Source: Octopus sinensis
Taxonomy: Eukaryota
NCBI RefSeq assembly: GCF_006345805.1
Contig: NC_042999.1
Span: 90,644,001-90,708,000, forward strand
Direction of reading: 5' to 3'
DNA length: 64,000 bases
Positions 40,630 to 54,400 of this stretch are shown here, one piece after another (the stretch's first letter is position 1; each line of letters begins with the position of its first letter). The position numbers were made by a program, and so were the translations under genes. The notes beneath the pieces were generated by a model, which saw only the letters and a list, made by a program, of their open reading frames with translations, was not told where the DNA came from and searched no databases.

Positions 40630-40864
40630 TCACTTGTAAACATTTTATTGCACCCTTTTCGAAAATACACGAAAATTTTATATTGTCCTAGTCAAGACAT
40701 GTGAGAAATAATACCAAATATACTTGAAATAGACTGCTGTCCTATACTCACAATGCTTTATCCTTTTTCTTAACAGTATTAAGACCAAGAGCACATCTAT
40801 ATGACCACTTTGGAGTTTTGGTAACGTGTTTAAATAATAATTTAATATTTATTTGATAGAATAT

Positions 40865-41389
40865 CACTCTCTGGACTTCCCTACTTTTGGCCGGGAAAGA
40901 CGGGCAGTTTTCTTCAACTAAGTGGCTATGGCGAAAGAGGTTGTGTGCTGGACAAGATTGTGGAAGGACTAAAGATAGTTCCTCTTCGGTCAAGCCTTCG
41001 TTGACGTTTTTAAAGTTCTTTTTGCGAAGGAATGTAAGGGCTGAGAGGGAGATACTGCCCTCAGTAAATATGCTGAAAGATAGGTGAATGTGATGAGGAA
41101 AGCCCGAATGTGTGTGTCTACTCTAACCTGGCCCTTGTAGGATGGACAAACCATACGGAAGAGGAGCATTTCCTTGTGGTGCCCTTGTAGATTGAGGTGA
41201 CCAAGGATCTACGATGCTTCCTTCGTTACCTGTGAATGATTCGCTCTCTTTTTAGGGAATTTTGTTGTTATCGTTATCTCGGTAGTTGTTATGGATATAT
41301 ATATTTTATCTTGTTTATATAACTTCCTACAATTCTTTGTCTTTGTATTTTTCTCAATGTTTTTAGCGGTCCACCCGACCAATGAAGAG

Positions 41390-41443
<54 letters not shown>
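40865..41443 (+). mobile_element. Tx1/L1-like LINE 3' fragment with (TAA)n tail
   Basis: Remnant frames MAKEVVCWTRLWKGLKI…FLFGQ…FLKFFLRRNVRAEREILPS…AER*VNV; T-rich UTR; (TAA)n. Confidence 0.55.
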
Positions 41444-41445
<2 letters not shown>

Positions 41446-41451
41446 CATTAA

Positions 41452-41626
41452 GGCGGCGAACTAGCAGAATCGTTAGGACACGGGGCAAAATGCTTAGTGG
41501 TGTTCCACCCGTCTCTACGTTTTGCGTTCAAATTCCGCCAAGTTCGACTTCATACCAGTTGCCCACTGGGGTCGATGTAATCGACTTACTCCCTCTTAGG
41601 AAATTTTAGGCCCTGTGCCTATAACA

Positions 41627-41627
<1 letters not shown>
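41452..41627 (+). mobile_element. SINE family A (tail type 2, internal deletion)
   Basis: GGCGGCGAACTAGCAGAATCGTTAG head, CTGGGGTCGATGTAATCGAC. Confidence 0.85.
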
Positions 41628-41694
<67 letters not shown>

Positions 41695-41704
41695 TGTAAT
41701 TTAA

Positions 41705-41919
41705 GGTGGTGAACTGCCAGAATCGTTAGCACGCCGGGCAAAATACTCAGTGGCATTTCGTCCATTTGTACCTTCTGAGTTTAAATTCCGCCGAGGTCGA
41801 CTTTGCCTTTCATCCTTTTGGGGTTGGTGAAATAAGTACTACTTGAGCACTAGGGTCGATTTAACTGATTAGCCCCCCCCCCACTCCAAATTTCTGGCCG
41901 TGTGCCTATACTAGAAAGG
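41705..41919 (+). mobile_element. SINE family A (tail type 2)
   Basis: Head plus GCCTTTCATCCTTTTGGGGTTGGTGAAA. Confidence 0.85.
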
Positions 41920-41920
41920 G

Positions 41921-41952
<32 letters not shown>

Positions 41953-42062
41953 CTTCTTCTTCTTCTTCTTCTTCTTCTTCTTCTTCTTCTTCTTCTTCTT
42001 CTTCTTCTTCTTCTTCTTCTTCTTCTTCTTCTTCTTCTTCTTCTTCTTCTTCTTCTTCTTCT
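41920..42062. repeat. (GTT)n(CTT)n
   Basis: Direct reading. Confidence 0.95.
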
Positions 42063-42076
42063 AATTATTATGACGA

Positions 42077-42272
42077 GGGTGGCGAGCTCCGGAAAAATGT
42101 TTTGCGCTACTTGGTCCCGTTTTTTCATGTTCTAATCTCATATCCCATCAAGGTCAAATTTGCCTTTCACACTTTAAGGGTCAATGAAACAAAGTACGAA
42201 TCAAGTACATGGATCGATGCAATTGACTAAATCCCTTCCCTAAAACTGCTGACCTTGTGCTAAATTTGAAAC
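42077..42272 (+). mobile_element. Decayed SINE family A
   Basis: GGTGGCGAGCT head, GCCTTTCACACTTTAAGGGTCAATGAAA. Confidence 0.65.
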
Positions 42273-42281
42273 TGTTTAAAA

Positions 42282-42500
42282 GGCAGAAAGCTGACAGAAT
42301 GGTTAGCACGCCGGACGGAATGCTCAGTGGCATTTCTTCTGGCTTTATGGTCTGGGTTCAGATGCTGCCTCAGATCTACTTTGTCTTTCATCCTTCTAGT
42401 GACGATAAGATAAACTACTAATCAAGTACTTGGACTAATGAAATGTACTATCCCCTTCCCGCAAAATTTTAGCTCTTGTGTCTATAGTGGAAAGAATTAT
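42282..42500 (+). mobile_element. Decayed SINE family A
   Basis: GCTGACAGAATGGTTAGCACGCCGGACGGAATGC, TCTTTCATCCTTCTAGTGACGATAA. Confidence 0.75.
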
Positions 42501-43073
42501 TACTATTGTTGTTGTTGGTGTTGGTGGTGTTGGTAGTAGTATCGGTATTGCTATAAGACTTCTATTCATGTGTGAACTAAGGTTCTAACAGTCAGCTTTC
42601 TTTCCTTGTTGCAATCAATCAATCGCGACATCTTTACTGTTATTCCAAGAAAGAAAAAAAAATGGCCACATATAATAGTACAAAATATATTTGCTTACCT
42701 ACATTACTGTCATTTAACAATGCAAAATACCATCCGGTATTTCCACATCACCTTATCTCTTCTCGTAATAAAGTTAACGGGAAGAGAAAAAAAAGCTCAA
42801 AAACAAAACACAATATTATTGTAGATCTACTTCACTCAAATGATTAATGTATTTGCTTCTCATTGGAAGAATTACATTTTCTTTCGAATAATGGTGCCGT
42901 CTGCATTGTATCAAGGTTCATAGATTTGCTTTGACAACCAGTTGAGATAATGTTTGTATTATTATCAAGTTATTTCAACAGTCTTATGGAGCTTTCTTTA
43001 GCCTATATTTGAAATTCCATCTTTCATAGAGTAGCAATTGAGTAGGCAGCTATCATTTGAAGCACGTGCATAA

Positions 43074-43124
<51 letters not shown>

Positions 43125-43841
43125 CTAATGTTTCGTATGTATATATGTATGCATGCATGTGTGTAAACTATATTCTCTCTCTGCATATATATGTGTGTGC
43201 ATAATTATAGATATATAAATATACACATTCACACACGTGCTCGTGTGAATATGTGTGTATGTGTATTTGTGTGTGTGTGTAACTACCGTAAGCGACTGTT
43301 TATCTTGTCTTGGAAATGGCACGACTTCAGTATAGATGGCTGCTAAGCAATCGGGCCTACGTCACTGGTATTTAGATGGCATTGCAGATACTTGTATTTC
43401 AAAATATTGGGTTTTGGAATTGGTATTTGAAAACTTGATTCTACTTTTCATTTCTTTAGCTTTATCCGCGGAAGAGAAAACATTTTTCTCTAAAAGAAAT
43501 TATAGTGAAAGCATGAACACTTAAAACGTTAAAATATATACATAAAAAATAGTAAAGGTTTGATTGTATTCGAATGATTGACGAACTGAATACAAGTATG
43601 TATGTATGTATGTATGTATGTATGTATGTATGTATGTATGTATGTATGTATGTATGTATGTATGTATGTGTGTGTGTTTGTGTGTGTGTGTGATTATTCA
43701 GTTTTATTTCAAGATTTCTTGCCTATAGAGAAAGAACCGGTTTCTAACCTACATCGAAGCCTCCTTCATTGGAATTTCAACATTAGCTAGGTATTTTTGT
43801 GTGCATGCGTGTATATGTGGAATACATGAAGTGAGGGCATA

Positions 43842-44012
43842 TGCAGATTTGTATGTTTTATTTTATGTATCACCATGCATATAGTCGCATGTTTAGATAC
43901 GCACATGTATACTTGAATGATAAACTTCTGGAAAGTTTTATAAATTTTTACAGTTCCAGTAATGGCTTGAGTTTGTAGTTTTAAAACTAGCTTTCACTTT
44001 CTGATTTTGTAA
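43842..44012 (-). mobile_element. Older 3' fragment of the (TACA)n-associated RLE retrotransposon
   Basis: Homologous to 44106-44280 (…GGAACTGTAAAA…AAAACTTTCCAGAAGTTTATCATT…). Confidence 0.75.
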
Positions 44013-44043
<31 letters not shown>

Positions 44044-44105
44044 TGTATGTATGTATGTATGTATGTATGTATGTATGTATGTATGTATGTATATATGTAT
44101 GTATG

Positions 44106-44432
44106 TGCAGATTTGTATGTTTTATCTATGTATTCTCAAACATATAGTTGCATATCTAGACATGCTCATATGTATTTAAATGATAAACTTCTGGAAAGTT
44201 TTACAGACTTTTACAGTTCCAGTGATGGACTGGATCTGTAGTCTTCGAATTAACTTTTTCCTTTCTGGTTTTGAGAAGTCTAATTTCTCAAGATTGGTAT
44301 TTAGGCAGTGTATTACATATCCCAAGGCCCCAATAATTACAAGTATAAACCTGAACTTGTAATCTGCATAGAGTAACTGCAGGTTTCTCAATAGTTCGGC
44401 TCGGAATAGGTGTTCTTTTTTTCACTGATCTT
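44106..44432 (-). mobile_element. 3' fragment of an R4-type RLE retrotransposon flanked by (TACA)n
   Basis: RNLQLLYADYKFRFILVIIGALGYV…LQIQSITGTVKVCKTFQKFII* matches the (IP)VIIGALG…LQ…(L)GT terminus of R4/Dong ORFs; (TATG)n directly on both sides. Confidence 0.8.
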
Positions 44433-44455
44433 ATGTATGTATGTATGTATGTATG

Positions 44456-44486
<31 letters not shown>

Positions 44487-44551
44487 CAAGAAAAGAGAGA
44501 GATAGAGATAGAAATAGAGATAGGTAGATAGATAGATAGATAGATAGGTAG

Positions 44552-44585
<34 letters not shown>

Positions 44586-44914
44586 AAGATGGGTGATGAG
44601 AGGGAAAAAGAGAAAGAAGGTAGTAGTTATGACGAAAAACGTGAGCTTGATCAAATGTAATACATTTTTATTAAAAATGTAAATTTATAAAAATCAAATT
44701 TCATACACTTAACAAGAAAACACTATCACCCCCACTCCACACTAAAGCGTCCTCACACTCCATCCAAAAACTAGCGTTCGCTATTTCAAAGAACTTCTCT
44801 TAGTAAAAGCATGTCATTAGCATACCTGGGACGGTATCCAAAATACTGGTCCTTCTGTCCAGGGCCAGAAAATATTCTTTTCTACTCTAGAAACAAGGCC
44901 CGAAATTTTTTTTG

Positions 44915-45070
44915 GTGGGGCAGTCGATTAGATCTATCTCAGTATGCAACAGGTACTTAATTTATCGACTCCGAAAGGATGAAAGGCAACGTCGACCTCG
45001 GCGGAATTTGAACTCAGACGGTAATGACAGCATTTCGCCCGGCGTGCTAACGTTTCTGCCAGCTCGACGC
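44915..45070 (-). mobile_element. SINE family A, partial
   Basis: Reverse complement of head and centre. Confidence 0.85.
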
Positions 45071-45230
45071 CCTAGGGCCAGAAAATATTTTAAACTCCGA
45101 CAGCCTGCTGGTATTCTGCAAAACTCAAGTGAAGCCGGTAATGGAGCATTACTGTCACATCTGAGACGGTGCCGCAGCTACATATTCAGGGAAGGGCCAT
45201 CAATTAATCGGCAGTTCACTAATGAAACTC
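45071..45230 (+). mobile_element. LINE RT C-terminal fragment (related to 16230-16905)
   Basis: RARKYFNSDSLLVFCKTQVKPVMEHYCHI*DG resembles Y..QVRP.MEY.SHIW. Confidence 0.6.
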
Positions 45231-45260
45231 TTCTACATCTGAGCCCAAAGTACTCCATTT

Positions 45261-45512
45261 TTAAGCCTGGTACTTATTCTATCAGTCTTGCAGTGGGGGC
45301 GAGGGACAGACAGACAGACGCACACATACACACACACGCGCGCGCGCGCACGCACACACACACACACGGCTGGCTTCTTTCAGTTTCCGTTTATGAAATC
45401 CAGTCAAAAGGCTTTGTAGAAGACATTTGCCTAAGATGTCACGCAGTGGAAATGAACCTTGGACCATGTGGCTGGGAAGCAAACTTTCTAACCACACAGT
45501 CACGCCTGCGCC
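45261..45512 (-). mobile_element. SINE family C
   Basis: Reverse complement of GGCGCAGGCGTGACTGTGTGGTTAG…ACGGAAACTGAAAGAAGCC. Confidence 0.85.
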
Positions 45513-45673
45513 TAATCCTCCATGTCACGCTTTGACTGCAGTTGTTTGACTTACAAAGATTTAACTAGAACATTAACATCAGGCTCACAAGTCTCGAAAA
45601 GCAGGCAAGGATTATGGTCACAGTCATTTCCTCCAAAAGCAGCAAAGAAAAAGATTACTGATATCGTATAAAG

Positions 45674-46012
45674 CAGGGGTTCTCAACCATTTTCTAAAAT
45701 CTATGGACCCCTTTGATTGATATTTTATTCTGGTGGACTACCATAGCCATTCAATGTTTTAAGAAGTATGGATACTGATTTAAAAATTCCTTTTCTGCTT
45801 TTAGCAAATTAACTCGTGTAGGTTGAACTATGTAAAACGTTCAAGAAAGAAACCGAGTTGTTCCTAGCAATATACACCAATACATACTTTTAAAGCAAAC
45901 TTTTTTCTGGGGCCTGTTGTGGATCTTCAATTTGCTTATTATGTTTTGTGGACCTCACCAAAATCTTATATAGATTCTCGGGGGCAATATGTACCCCAGT
46001 TGAGAAACACTG
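45674..46012. mobile_element. hAT (Charlie-like) MITE
   Basis: TIRs CAGGGGTTCTCAAC and GTTGAGAAACACTG; internal ATGGACCCC/GTGGAC motifs; degenerate 8-bp TSD GTATAAAG/ATTTAAAA. Confidence 0.75.
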
Positions 46013-46514
46013 ATTTAAAAGGTCACGTTATTGATATAGTGTCTTGAGAAAAAAACTGACGTATACTGAATGTCATGGAGTCGTGTAAGGGCTTTGTGGA
46101 TTTACGGCGGTAAACAGGCAGAAAAGATAAAGTGGCTGGATAGCAGAAGCGATAAACTCTCGAGAACGAATGCTGTATACGCCATATTTGGAAGAGCGCT
46201 TATGCCTGGATTGATATGACTGGTTATTTGCGAATATAGTGCCATTAGTAATTAGTTCTGATGGCCGTTACCAGAAGATGCGATGGACAAGCAACAGCAG
46301 TAGTAGCACCACCAACACCCTCACTCTCTCACCATCAACAAGAATACACACAAACACACATACACACACACATCCCGATATAGTAGTATATTTCTGTCTA
46401 AAGTTGGAGAACGAAGATAATATAATCAGTGAAGCAGAAAATAAGAAATAAAGAAGAATTGGCTCACACAAAATGTCTGAGTAAGAAAATCTGATTGAAA
46501 ATTCTTAACGACCA

Positions 46515-46573
46515 GACTCGTACATTTCTCTCTCTCTCCCCTTTCCTTCCTCTCTCTCACTCTGTTTCTCTTA

Positions 46574-46666
<93 letters not shown>

Positions 46667-46768
46667 CTTACCTGCCTATCTACTTGTCTGTCTGTCTATC
46701 TACCTTACCTACCTACCTACCTACCTACCTACCTACCTACCTACCTACTTACCTACCTACCTACCTAC

Positions 46769-46809
<41 letters not shown>

Positions 46810-46835
46810 CATCCATCCATCCATCCATCCATCCT
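46515..46835. repeat. (TCTA)n(TACC)n(TCCA)n compound
   Basis: Direct reading. Confidence 0.95.
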
Positions 46836-47364
46836 CACCCTCACATACATACACATATATAAATGGATCTACATCGGTTTCGGTTATGAGTATTCCAGTC
46901 ATTCGATCAACAAAGTATAAATGGTCGATTATACCACAGACACTTGCACCCTTAACGTAATTCTCAGACAGAATCCGAGTGCTAAACTGTGTGGCATAAC
47001 TGACCTTTTGAATTACACCTATAGTCCAACGATAATCATTCTAGATTCACCTCATATCAATTCCACACAAGACTTAGATCGACATGAGGCTATGATAAAA
47101 ATATAAAAAAGATAATTATGCTCAAGGTACCAAGCAGTAGAATCGAACCCTCGGTTCAATGATTGCGCTGCCAACTACATACCCATTCCGTTGTGCCTGT
47201 ATGTGCATATACTCAGCTTGACATTCACATGTTATTATCATTTATATCGCCTTTACACAAGAGCTGTACATTGTAGTAATTTCATTAGTTTTTAAATTCA
47301 AATTATTTCTCTATTTAAAAGCTGATCTCCATTGTTATCTATTGAAACATTTTATGGAATATTC

Positions 47365-47409
<45 letters not shown>

Positions 47410-48436
47410 TCGTGTATATATATGTACATATGCACACTTGTGTGTGTGCATGTGAGTGTGTGTGTGTATGTGTACATGACTACCTGCACATAAGCCTCCC
47501 TGTGCACACCACCCACGAGTAATTATAGACTTACGTATCAACGAGGGAAAAGCTAAGCGGTCTCTGCATCCTGCTGCAAAGCTACGAATAACTAAATTTC
47601 CTTCAAATCACATGCGATGTTCTTCAAACAGAAAAAAGAGAAAGAGACTACATTTTACAATGCAGTTATGTAAAATGTAATGGAGTGAACAGGACATCTC
47701 TTAGGGTCTTTTGGCCTAAAGTTTTCGTCTTCGTGGTTGCTCTGGGATTAAAATAACAACCACAGATGGCTACGTCCAGACGCCTACGCACATCACAACA
47801 AATAACGATTGTCACTTGTGTGGGTAATGACGTCACATTATTTTCTTTCAGCTAAAATGCCGATAATTTGTTGACATTACCACGGGGACACGAATTTTTG
47901 ATCGTTAGAATCATACATCTTCAGTCAGGTGTTTATTCACTTACTTCTGATTAGAGAAATTTATTTGAGTGTTAATATTATAATTATATTATAGTGCTGA
48001 GTTACGAGTATTGCGGCCATCATGAATCGATTATGCTCTGGGGAATTCTATATATGACAGATGTATTGTTTACAAATTCTCACTTTTCTTAGCTGTGTGT
48101 GTGTTTGTGTGTGTGTGTGAGTGTGTGTTTGTGTGTGTATGATGTCAGTGTTATGAATATACTAATAGAAGTAGCATGCGACTTTACGGACTGATTGTCG
48201 TTACTTAAGGTGACAAGGTGACTACAAGTGCGATGTCACAGCTTGGTTTATTCAGTTGAATAAACCTGATGAATGTAAAATATTGTAAAATATTACTATG
48301 GCTTTACTTGGATAAATACAGTCCTACACGATGGCGGTATCATCTGTCAATAATGAACTTCTACTCCATGACCTGGATATGACTGATGCTCGGTAGCAGT
48401 GTGGTGATTTGCTGATACAGCAAAAATGGAGTTCAT

Positions 48437-48487
<51 letters not shown>

Positions 48488-48939
48488 CAAATATGGATAT
48501 TTTTAATTATCAAAGCATGTATGATAGTCATACAATCTCTGTGAGGATGAAACCCTTGTAACTTGACAATAAGATCTACGAAATTGTAATCAGTTCGTCC
48601 ATAAGTGGAACTGTTAATTGCTGAAAGGGTTAGCATCTTATTTCAGTATCAAAATCTGACTGAAACGTTTCAGAATTATTCTCAGAGTTTATGTTAACCA
48701 GAACGTTTCCATAAATACGAAAAGTTGGAAGTCAAGGGCAGAGAGTAGAAGATATGACTCAAATAAGATCCATAGATTGTATGGAATAATTTAAGCATCA
48801 CACAAATCATTACTATATTCCCAGTCAGATGACTCGGAGTTTAACGCATGCATTTAATTCATGGAACAGCTTGAAATGACTTCCAAACGAATTTCAGATG
48901 ATTGGAAAAAAAAAGTAACCTTGTTGGCATTACTCTTGA

Positions 48940-49076
48940 ATATTGATTTCAAATTTTGGCATAAGGCTTGCAATTTCGGGAGGAGGTAAGTCGATTACAT
49001 TGATCTCAATGTTCAACTGGTACATATTTTATCGACCACTGAAAGGATGAAAGGCAAAGTCAACCTCGGCGGAATT
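48940..49076 (-). mobile_element. SINE family A, 3' part
   Basis: TTTTATCGACC…AAAGGATGAAAGGCAAAGTCAACCTCGGCGGAATT. Confidence 0.8.
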
Positions 49077-49479
49077 ACTCTCAAATATTGATGGAAATAA
49101 ATGTCAATCTGCTTCTAAATGACTCTTTTGTGAATATAAGGATGCGCTGTTCAAAGTTGCGTATTTAGTAAAGAGTCTTAATTATTTCGAAGAAAAAAAT
49201 CCCCAGACTTTAAGGCAGTAAGTAAATCTAAAATAAAAGGAATTGAAGAAATTAACAATGAAAATTCTGCAAATATTTATGAAATTGGTTAAAAATATTA
49301 CAATGATCAATATGAAAACTGAACCAATGTTAACGTAAGATGCAAGGTGACACTGTCAATTAAAAAGTTTTGATACAATTGGGTATTGAAAAGAAGTAAC
49401 GCTATTCCCTGTATCTGTAAAAATTGTAGAGTAAACTGCATTTCTAAATCAGTTTATCACAACATAGCGTTCAGAATTT

Positions 49480-50800
49480 GATAGTAACTAGTAGGTTGTG
49501 GTCAAATAGCCACAGTTGCCTTTCAGGCAGAAACAGGAAGTCCAAAAGCAAGAGGGAGAGATCCAAACAGAAAAAGAGCTACTGATTGTAGATTAGATTT
49601 TGGGTATGAATGGTTAAAGAACAGTCCTAAAAGAAAATGAAGGAGTAGATATCTTACGTTCTCCGAAAGCTCTTATGTCTGCATAATATTATGAAATGCA
49701 CTGAGTATATCATAAACACTCGACTCGAAAACCTAGCAACTAACGCTCTCATAGAAGAATTTGAATAACTCTATCAGAAATGTTCAACCACAATTAATGC
49801 AATAACAGCACATAACCTTCTGTAAATTGGTGGTGATTTTAACGTCCAGCTAGGGCCTACAGCTTCACTCAATATTTTCAGCAAGAGCACCAATAGAAAT
49901 GACAAGCATGTGAAGGACTTATGGAACAGCACAATCATGTCGCTACTAAAACAAGGTTTCGACACCGCAGAGGTTCATTCTGGGCGTATTATCATCCCTT
50001 TGGTAGCCTTTTACGAATGGACTACATGACAGCTGGAGAGAAGTGAATAAATAGCATAAAAAATTAACGTGCTTACAGTTCTCTTGAATGTATTAAATCT
50101 GATCACCAAATTATTTCAAAACTGTTTTATACAAATGTCAGGTAAGTTAACATGCAAACTACAAGCCAGAAATGTTACGGAACAAATCGATGGCGAAGGA
50201 GAAGTAACAGGTGATGCTAACTTATGCAAGAAGTTTATAGTTGCAGTAGATAACAAATTTATCATTCATGCGACATGCGTGAAGGCAAGAACAGAATTGC
50301 CTTATATGATATCTAACACTTCTAACATTAAATATAGCGCTGTAATCGTTCCCATCAAATATACAAAAGACAACCATTTGCTTCCTGTGAGAAGGAAACA
50401 AGAGCTAGAGGGAATCTAAAGAAAGCAGCACAAAGAAACGTTGGAATATTAAAAGAAACCTCCGTTAAGCTAAGCTGCACTTTATGAAGCGTGCAATGTA
50501 GTAGTAGAAGAAATAGTTGACGAAGAAACAGTTGACAAAGTTAACAAACAATGAAGTCATGCATCATAGATACTGTCCTTTGGCCTGCTGTGGGGAATCT
50601 GCAAGCAAGAGAAATTTCGCAGTTATCTGCACTGAACCACTGACCTATGTTTACATACTTGGTTTCAGTACTTACGAATGCTTTTTAATAAAACAGAACC
50701 ACGCAACATTGAACTTAACGTCAGTCCTTTCTTCAAATACAAAGTATCAAATAAACCCAGACCAGTCATTTAGAATTTAAGAAACAAGACATCACATCTA
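49480..50800 (+). mobile_element. Decayed RTE-like LINE ORF2 (APE domain + start of RT)
   Basis: IGGDFNVQLG, TKTRFRHRRG, MDY, INSIKN.RAYSS…SDHQI; later GNLQA…NFAVI. Confidence 0.7.
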
Positions 50801-51084
50801 GGTTGCATCTCTGCCATCATCTATTACAGTTCTCTCTTCCACATAGAAATGATGGACTTCTTTAACGAACTCTATAAGGGAAACAAACCAACAGTCTTCT
50901 CAAAGTTCTCAGTTATTCTACTATTCCAAAGACGAGATTTTCAGCGGACTGTGAGGAAGAAAGTCAGTCAAAATGATATTTAACAGCGTAGTGATGGGAT
51001 GCAGGTATCATAACACAGTCAACTAACACACTGCATCTCTATCTCTGGATTAAGAAGTAAAGAAACAGAAAGTAAAGCCGTCGT

Positions 51085-51213
51085 CTGTCTGTCTATCGGT
51101 TTGTCTGTATGCCTGCCTGCCTGTCTGTCTGTCTGCCTGTATGTCTATCTGTCTGTCTGTCCGTCCGCCTGTCAGCTGTCTCTGTCTCTGTGTCTCTGTC
51201 TGTCTGCTGTCTG

Positions 51214-51254
<41 letters not shown>

Positions 51255-51255
51255 T
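51085..51255. repeat. (CTGT)n compound
   Basis: Direct reading. Confidence 0.9.
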
Positions 51256-52809
51256 TCCCAATCCAGCGCAAATGAAGTGTCTTGGAAAGATGCCTGTGGT
51301 TACGGACTTGTGGCAAACTGGACGGTGACGTTACACTTATAGCAGATGCGAATTTACACACAAACCGCTCACGCCAATAACTTGATTTCCATTGGACCAA
51401 AGTAACTATGAAGTCCGGCAAACGCCTCTTACAATATTATATATATTTACTTGTTGTACGCAGAACGCCCTTTTGAGGCAGTTCTTGATAACCATATTGT
51501 TGACAACCTTATGGAGTAGAGAGGCGCTAGTTGGGGCTGAGGATAAATCGCCGTGTAGTTAGAAGTCATTACGTCTCCACAAGTTAACTCCCTTCAAAAA
51601 ATGCTAAATTAAAACTAAATTTCTCTTATTTTGCCTATTTTCACACTCCGACACAAACTTTGAGAGCAATATAATTATAGACACATCGCAACGATAATAA
51701 CGCATATATCAAATATGCGCGCATGTATATGTGTATATGTGTGTGCATGCGTGTTTATGTGTTTAAGCGAGACCTCAAGCTACCTGTTTACTTCAGCATA
51801 CAATGCCTCAGTCTTCATACCTCTCAGTTCCCTTACTTGTCACATGTAAATTGAAGAATATCGTAGTAAATTTATTTCCTATTGTATCAACCTATCAAAA
51901 GTCCTGTAGCTGAAGAAGCTATCAGACTGCTAGGAATTATCGCAAATCTCTCTCTATTTTTCTCCTTTATTCAGTGATGAAATATTCATCTAAGGGAGAT
52001 AATGCAACGTTAGGGTTATCTTTCATAAATAAAATGCATTCGTTTCATATCTGTTTAGTTAATATATATGAATTAGCTCTGATTACAAGCTTTAATTTTA
52101 AACAAATTGCAAAGTTTAATATTTAAATAAATCAGGATTTCTACTGTGAAGATAAAAAGTCGATCCATTTAGTTTCATATGTAGAATTTTTAATGAAACT
52201 GGTTTAGTTGCCTCCCTTGTTGTGAAAATTTTTCGGCAGTTTTGCATATTAAGTCGTTGTCATTGCTGCAGCAGCTGCTGCTTTTGCTGTAGTTATTGTT
52301 GATGTTACTTGTGTCGCAGTCACTGTTGCTGCTACTGTGGGTGTTGCTCCACTTTTTTAAATATTCGATTAACTCTTTGCAAGCAGATCTGTAACCAAAG
52401 ACATTCCAGATGTGCCCATACCACATTTAACTAGTGTACATTCCCCCCCTATATGATATGGAAAACTCGAATTTGATTGCAATTTCTAGGCGAATACTGA
52501 TGTTAATTACTGACCAAATAATTGAAATATATTCCGTCATTGTGTCTCTGGATAATACATTTTATTATCATCGACATGATTTTAGTATTTACTATTTTCT
52601 AGTGTAATTGAGTTATTATACATGTCTCGTTCGCTGTATCTTCAAGCTGCGACAGGGGGGAAATAAACAAACAATAATAAACAATAATAAATAAAAGGGA
52701 AAATATTGGTATTATCTTGCATGATCTTATTTGTAACTAAATGTCTCAATAAGGAATGTTATTGTCAGAAGATAGCCAAAATACGTTTTCGACGATATGA
52801 CAATGTTAA

Positions 52810-53041
52810 AGGCGGCGAGCTGGCAGAAACGTTAGCACGCCGGGCGAAATACGTAGCCGTATATCGTCTGTCGTTACGTTATGAGTTCAAATTCCGCCGA
52901 GGTCGACTTTGCCTTTCATCCTTTCGGGGTCGATAAATTAAGTACCAGTTTCGCACTGGGGTCGATGTAATCGACTTAATCCATTTGTCTGTCCTTGTTT
53001 GTCCGCTCTGTGTTTAGCCCCTTGTGGGTAATAAAGAAACA
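52810..53041 (+). mobile_element. Young SINE family A (tail type 1) with 16-bp TSD
   Basis: TSD GATATGACAATGTTAA at 52794-52809 and 53042-53057. Confidence 0.95.
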
Positions 53042-53619
53042 GATATGACAATGTTAATTATGACTGATACAAACAGCAAGATAACCATGTAACTGACAAT
53101 TTCTTTCTTAATCTAGTGAGCTGAATTCAAGTTGCCATATGAGCCTAGAAAATTCAGCGCAGATATAAAATGTATTGTATCTGGGAGCCGTATTCACGAG
53201 TGATGGGAGACAGGAAAGTGAATTGGATATTAAAAATTCAAGTAGTGGCACAGTTTCGATTCTCAGAAGAATAGAGGTTGATAAAATAAAATGAAATAAA
53301 ATAAAACACAGACTATAATAGACCACAACGAATTGATTATTGAATATGAAGAACTTAACCACGTTATTTTTCTACTTTCGTCTGGGAAGATTTCTTGATA
53401 TCAAGATGATACTGAGTTCTTACTTTAAACTGCATATTATGTTTACCTGATTTCGTTTGGCATATCTTTATCACCTGTGCTCGAATTGTCTACTGTGAGA
53501 ATACGTTAGATAGTGTAGGTTTAGACTTTTAAATAGATAGAATGGTTTTAGATAGACAGATTTTGTTTTAATTTGTGTGGATTTGAAGCTCAACAGATGA
53601 AACAGTAACAGTAATAGCA

Positions 53620-53642
53620 GCAGCAACAACAATAACGACAAG

Positions 53643-53673
<31 letters not shown>

Positions 53674-53708
53674 GCAGCAGCAGCAACAACAACAACAGCA
53701 GCAGCAGC

Positions 53709-53785
<77 letters not shown>

Positions 53786-53786
53786 C
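53620..53786. repeat. (AAC)n/(AGC)n
   Basis: Direct reading. Confidence 0.95.
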
Positions 53787-54099
53787 TGGAATTGGTTGCT
53801 CAGCATGTCGAGAATATCATCTCTACATCGTTGCTCGTTAGAGAATAATAGTTTGGATTTTCCGCTGATCGCATCGTTGAGTTGACCGAAGTGAGTATCA
53901 ATCCTGATGAGTACCTTCCTAGATTTCCTTATTCAAAAAAGCAGAGTTGTTTGAAAACATTTCTACCAGTGGTAGACCACATCTACCATATATGCAAATG
54001 TAGTCTACACTTTTAACGAGAAGCAGCAAAGAAAAGAAAATTCAAATCTATTAAGCTGTCCGTTGAAGTTACACACAGTACATTAAGTAAAACACAATT

Positions 54100-54400
54100 G
54101 AAGCAAATGTCCTCACAGCACATTTCCCAGAGAGTTTGACTGTCTTGGGCATCATCCCAGTGGATTTGCTATCAATTTAAAGTTCTGGGGCGAACCAGAC
54201 CCCTAGGTATTTCTTTAACTCGACTGTCAATGGAATGAGTTTCAATCCTTCAAACATTTCCTATTACCAACACATTCCAAGTTTTGTTGATTACCATGGA
54301 TTCCGAGGTGCCTAAAATAGTGACTGCCGCTGTCAGCGTATCTAAACACCGTCTCTCTGTATTCTAGTTCAAACGGTTGTCACCACTATATCCAATTTTC
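54100..54400 (-). mobile_element. Possible LINE RT remnant
   Basis: FRYADS and KKYLGVWFAPEL resemble the YADD and KYLG motifs. Confidence 0.35.
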
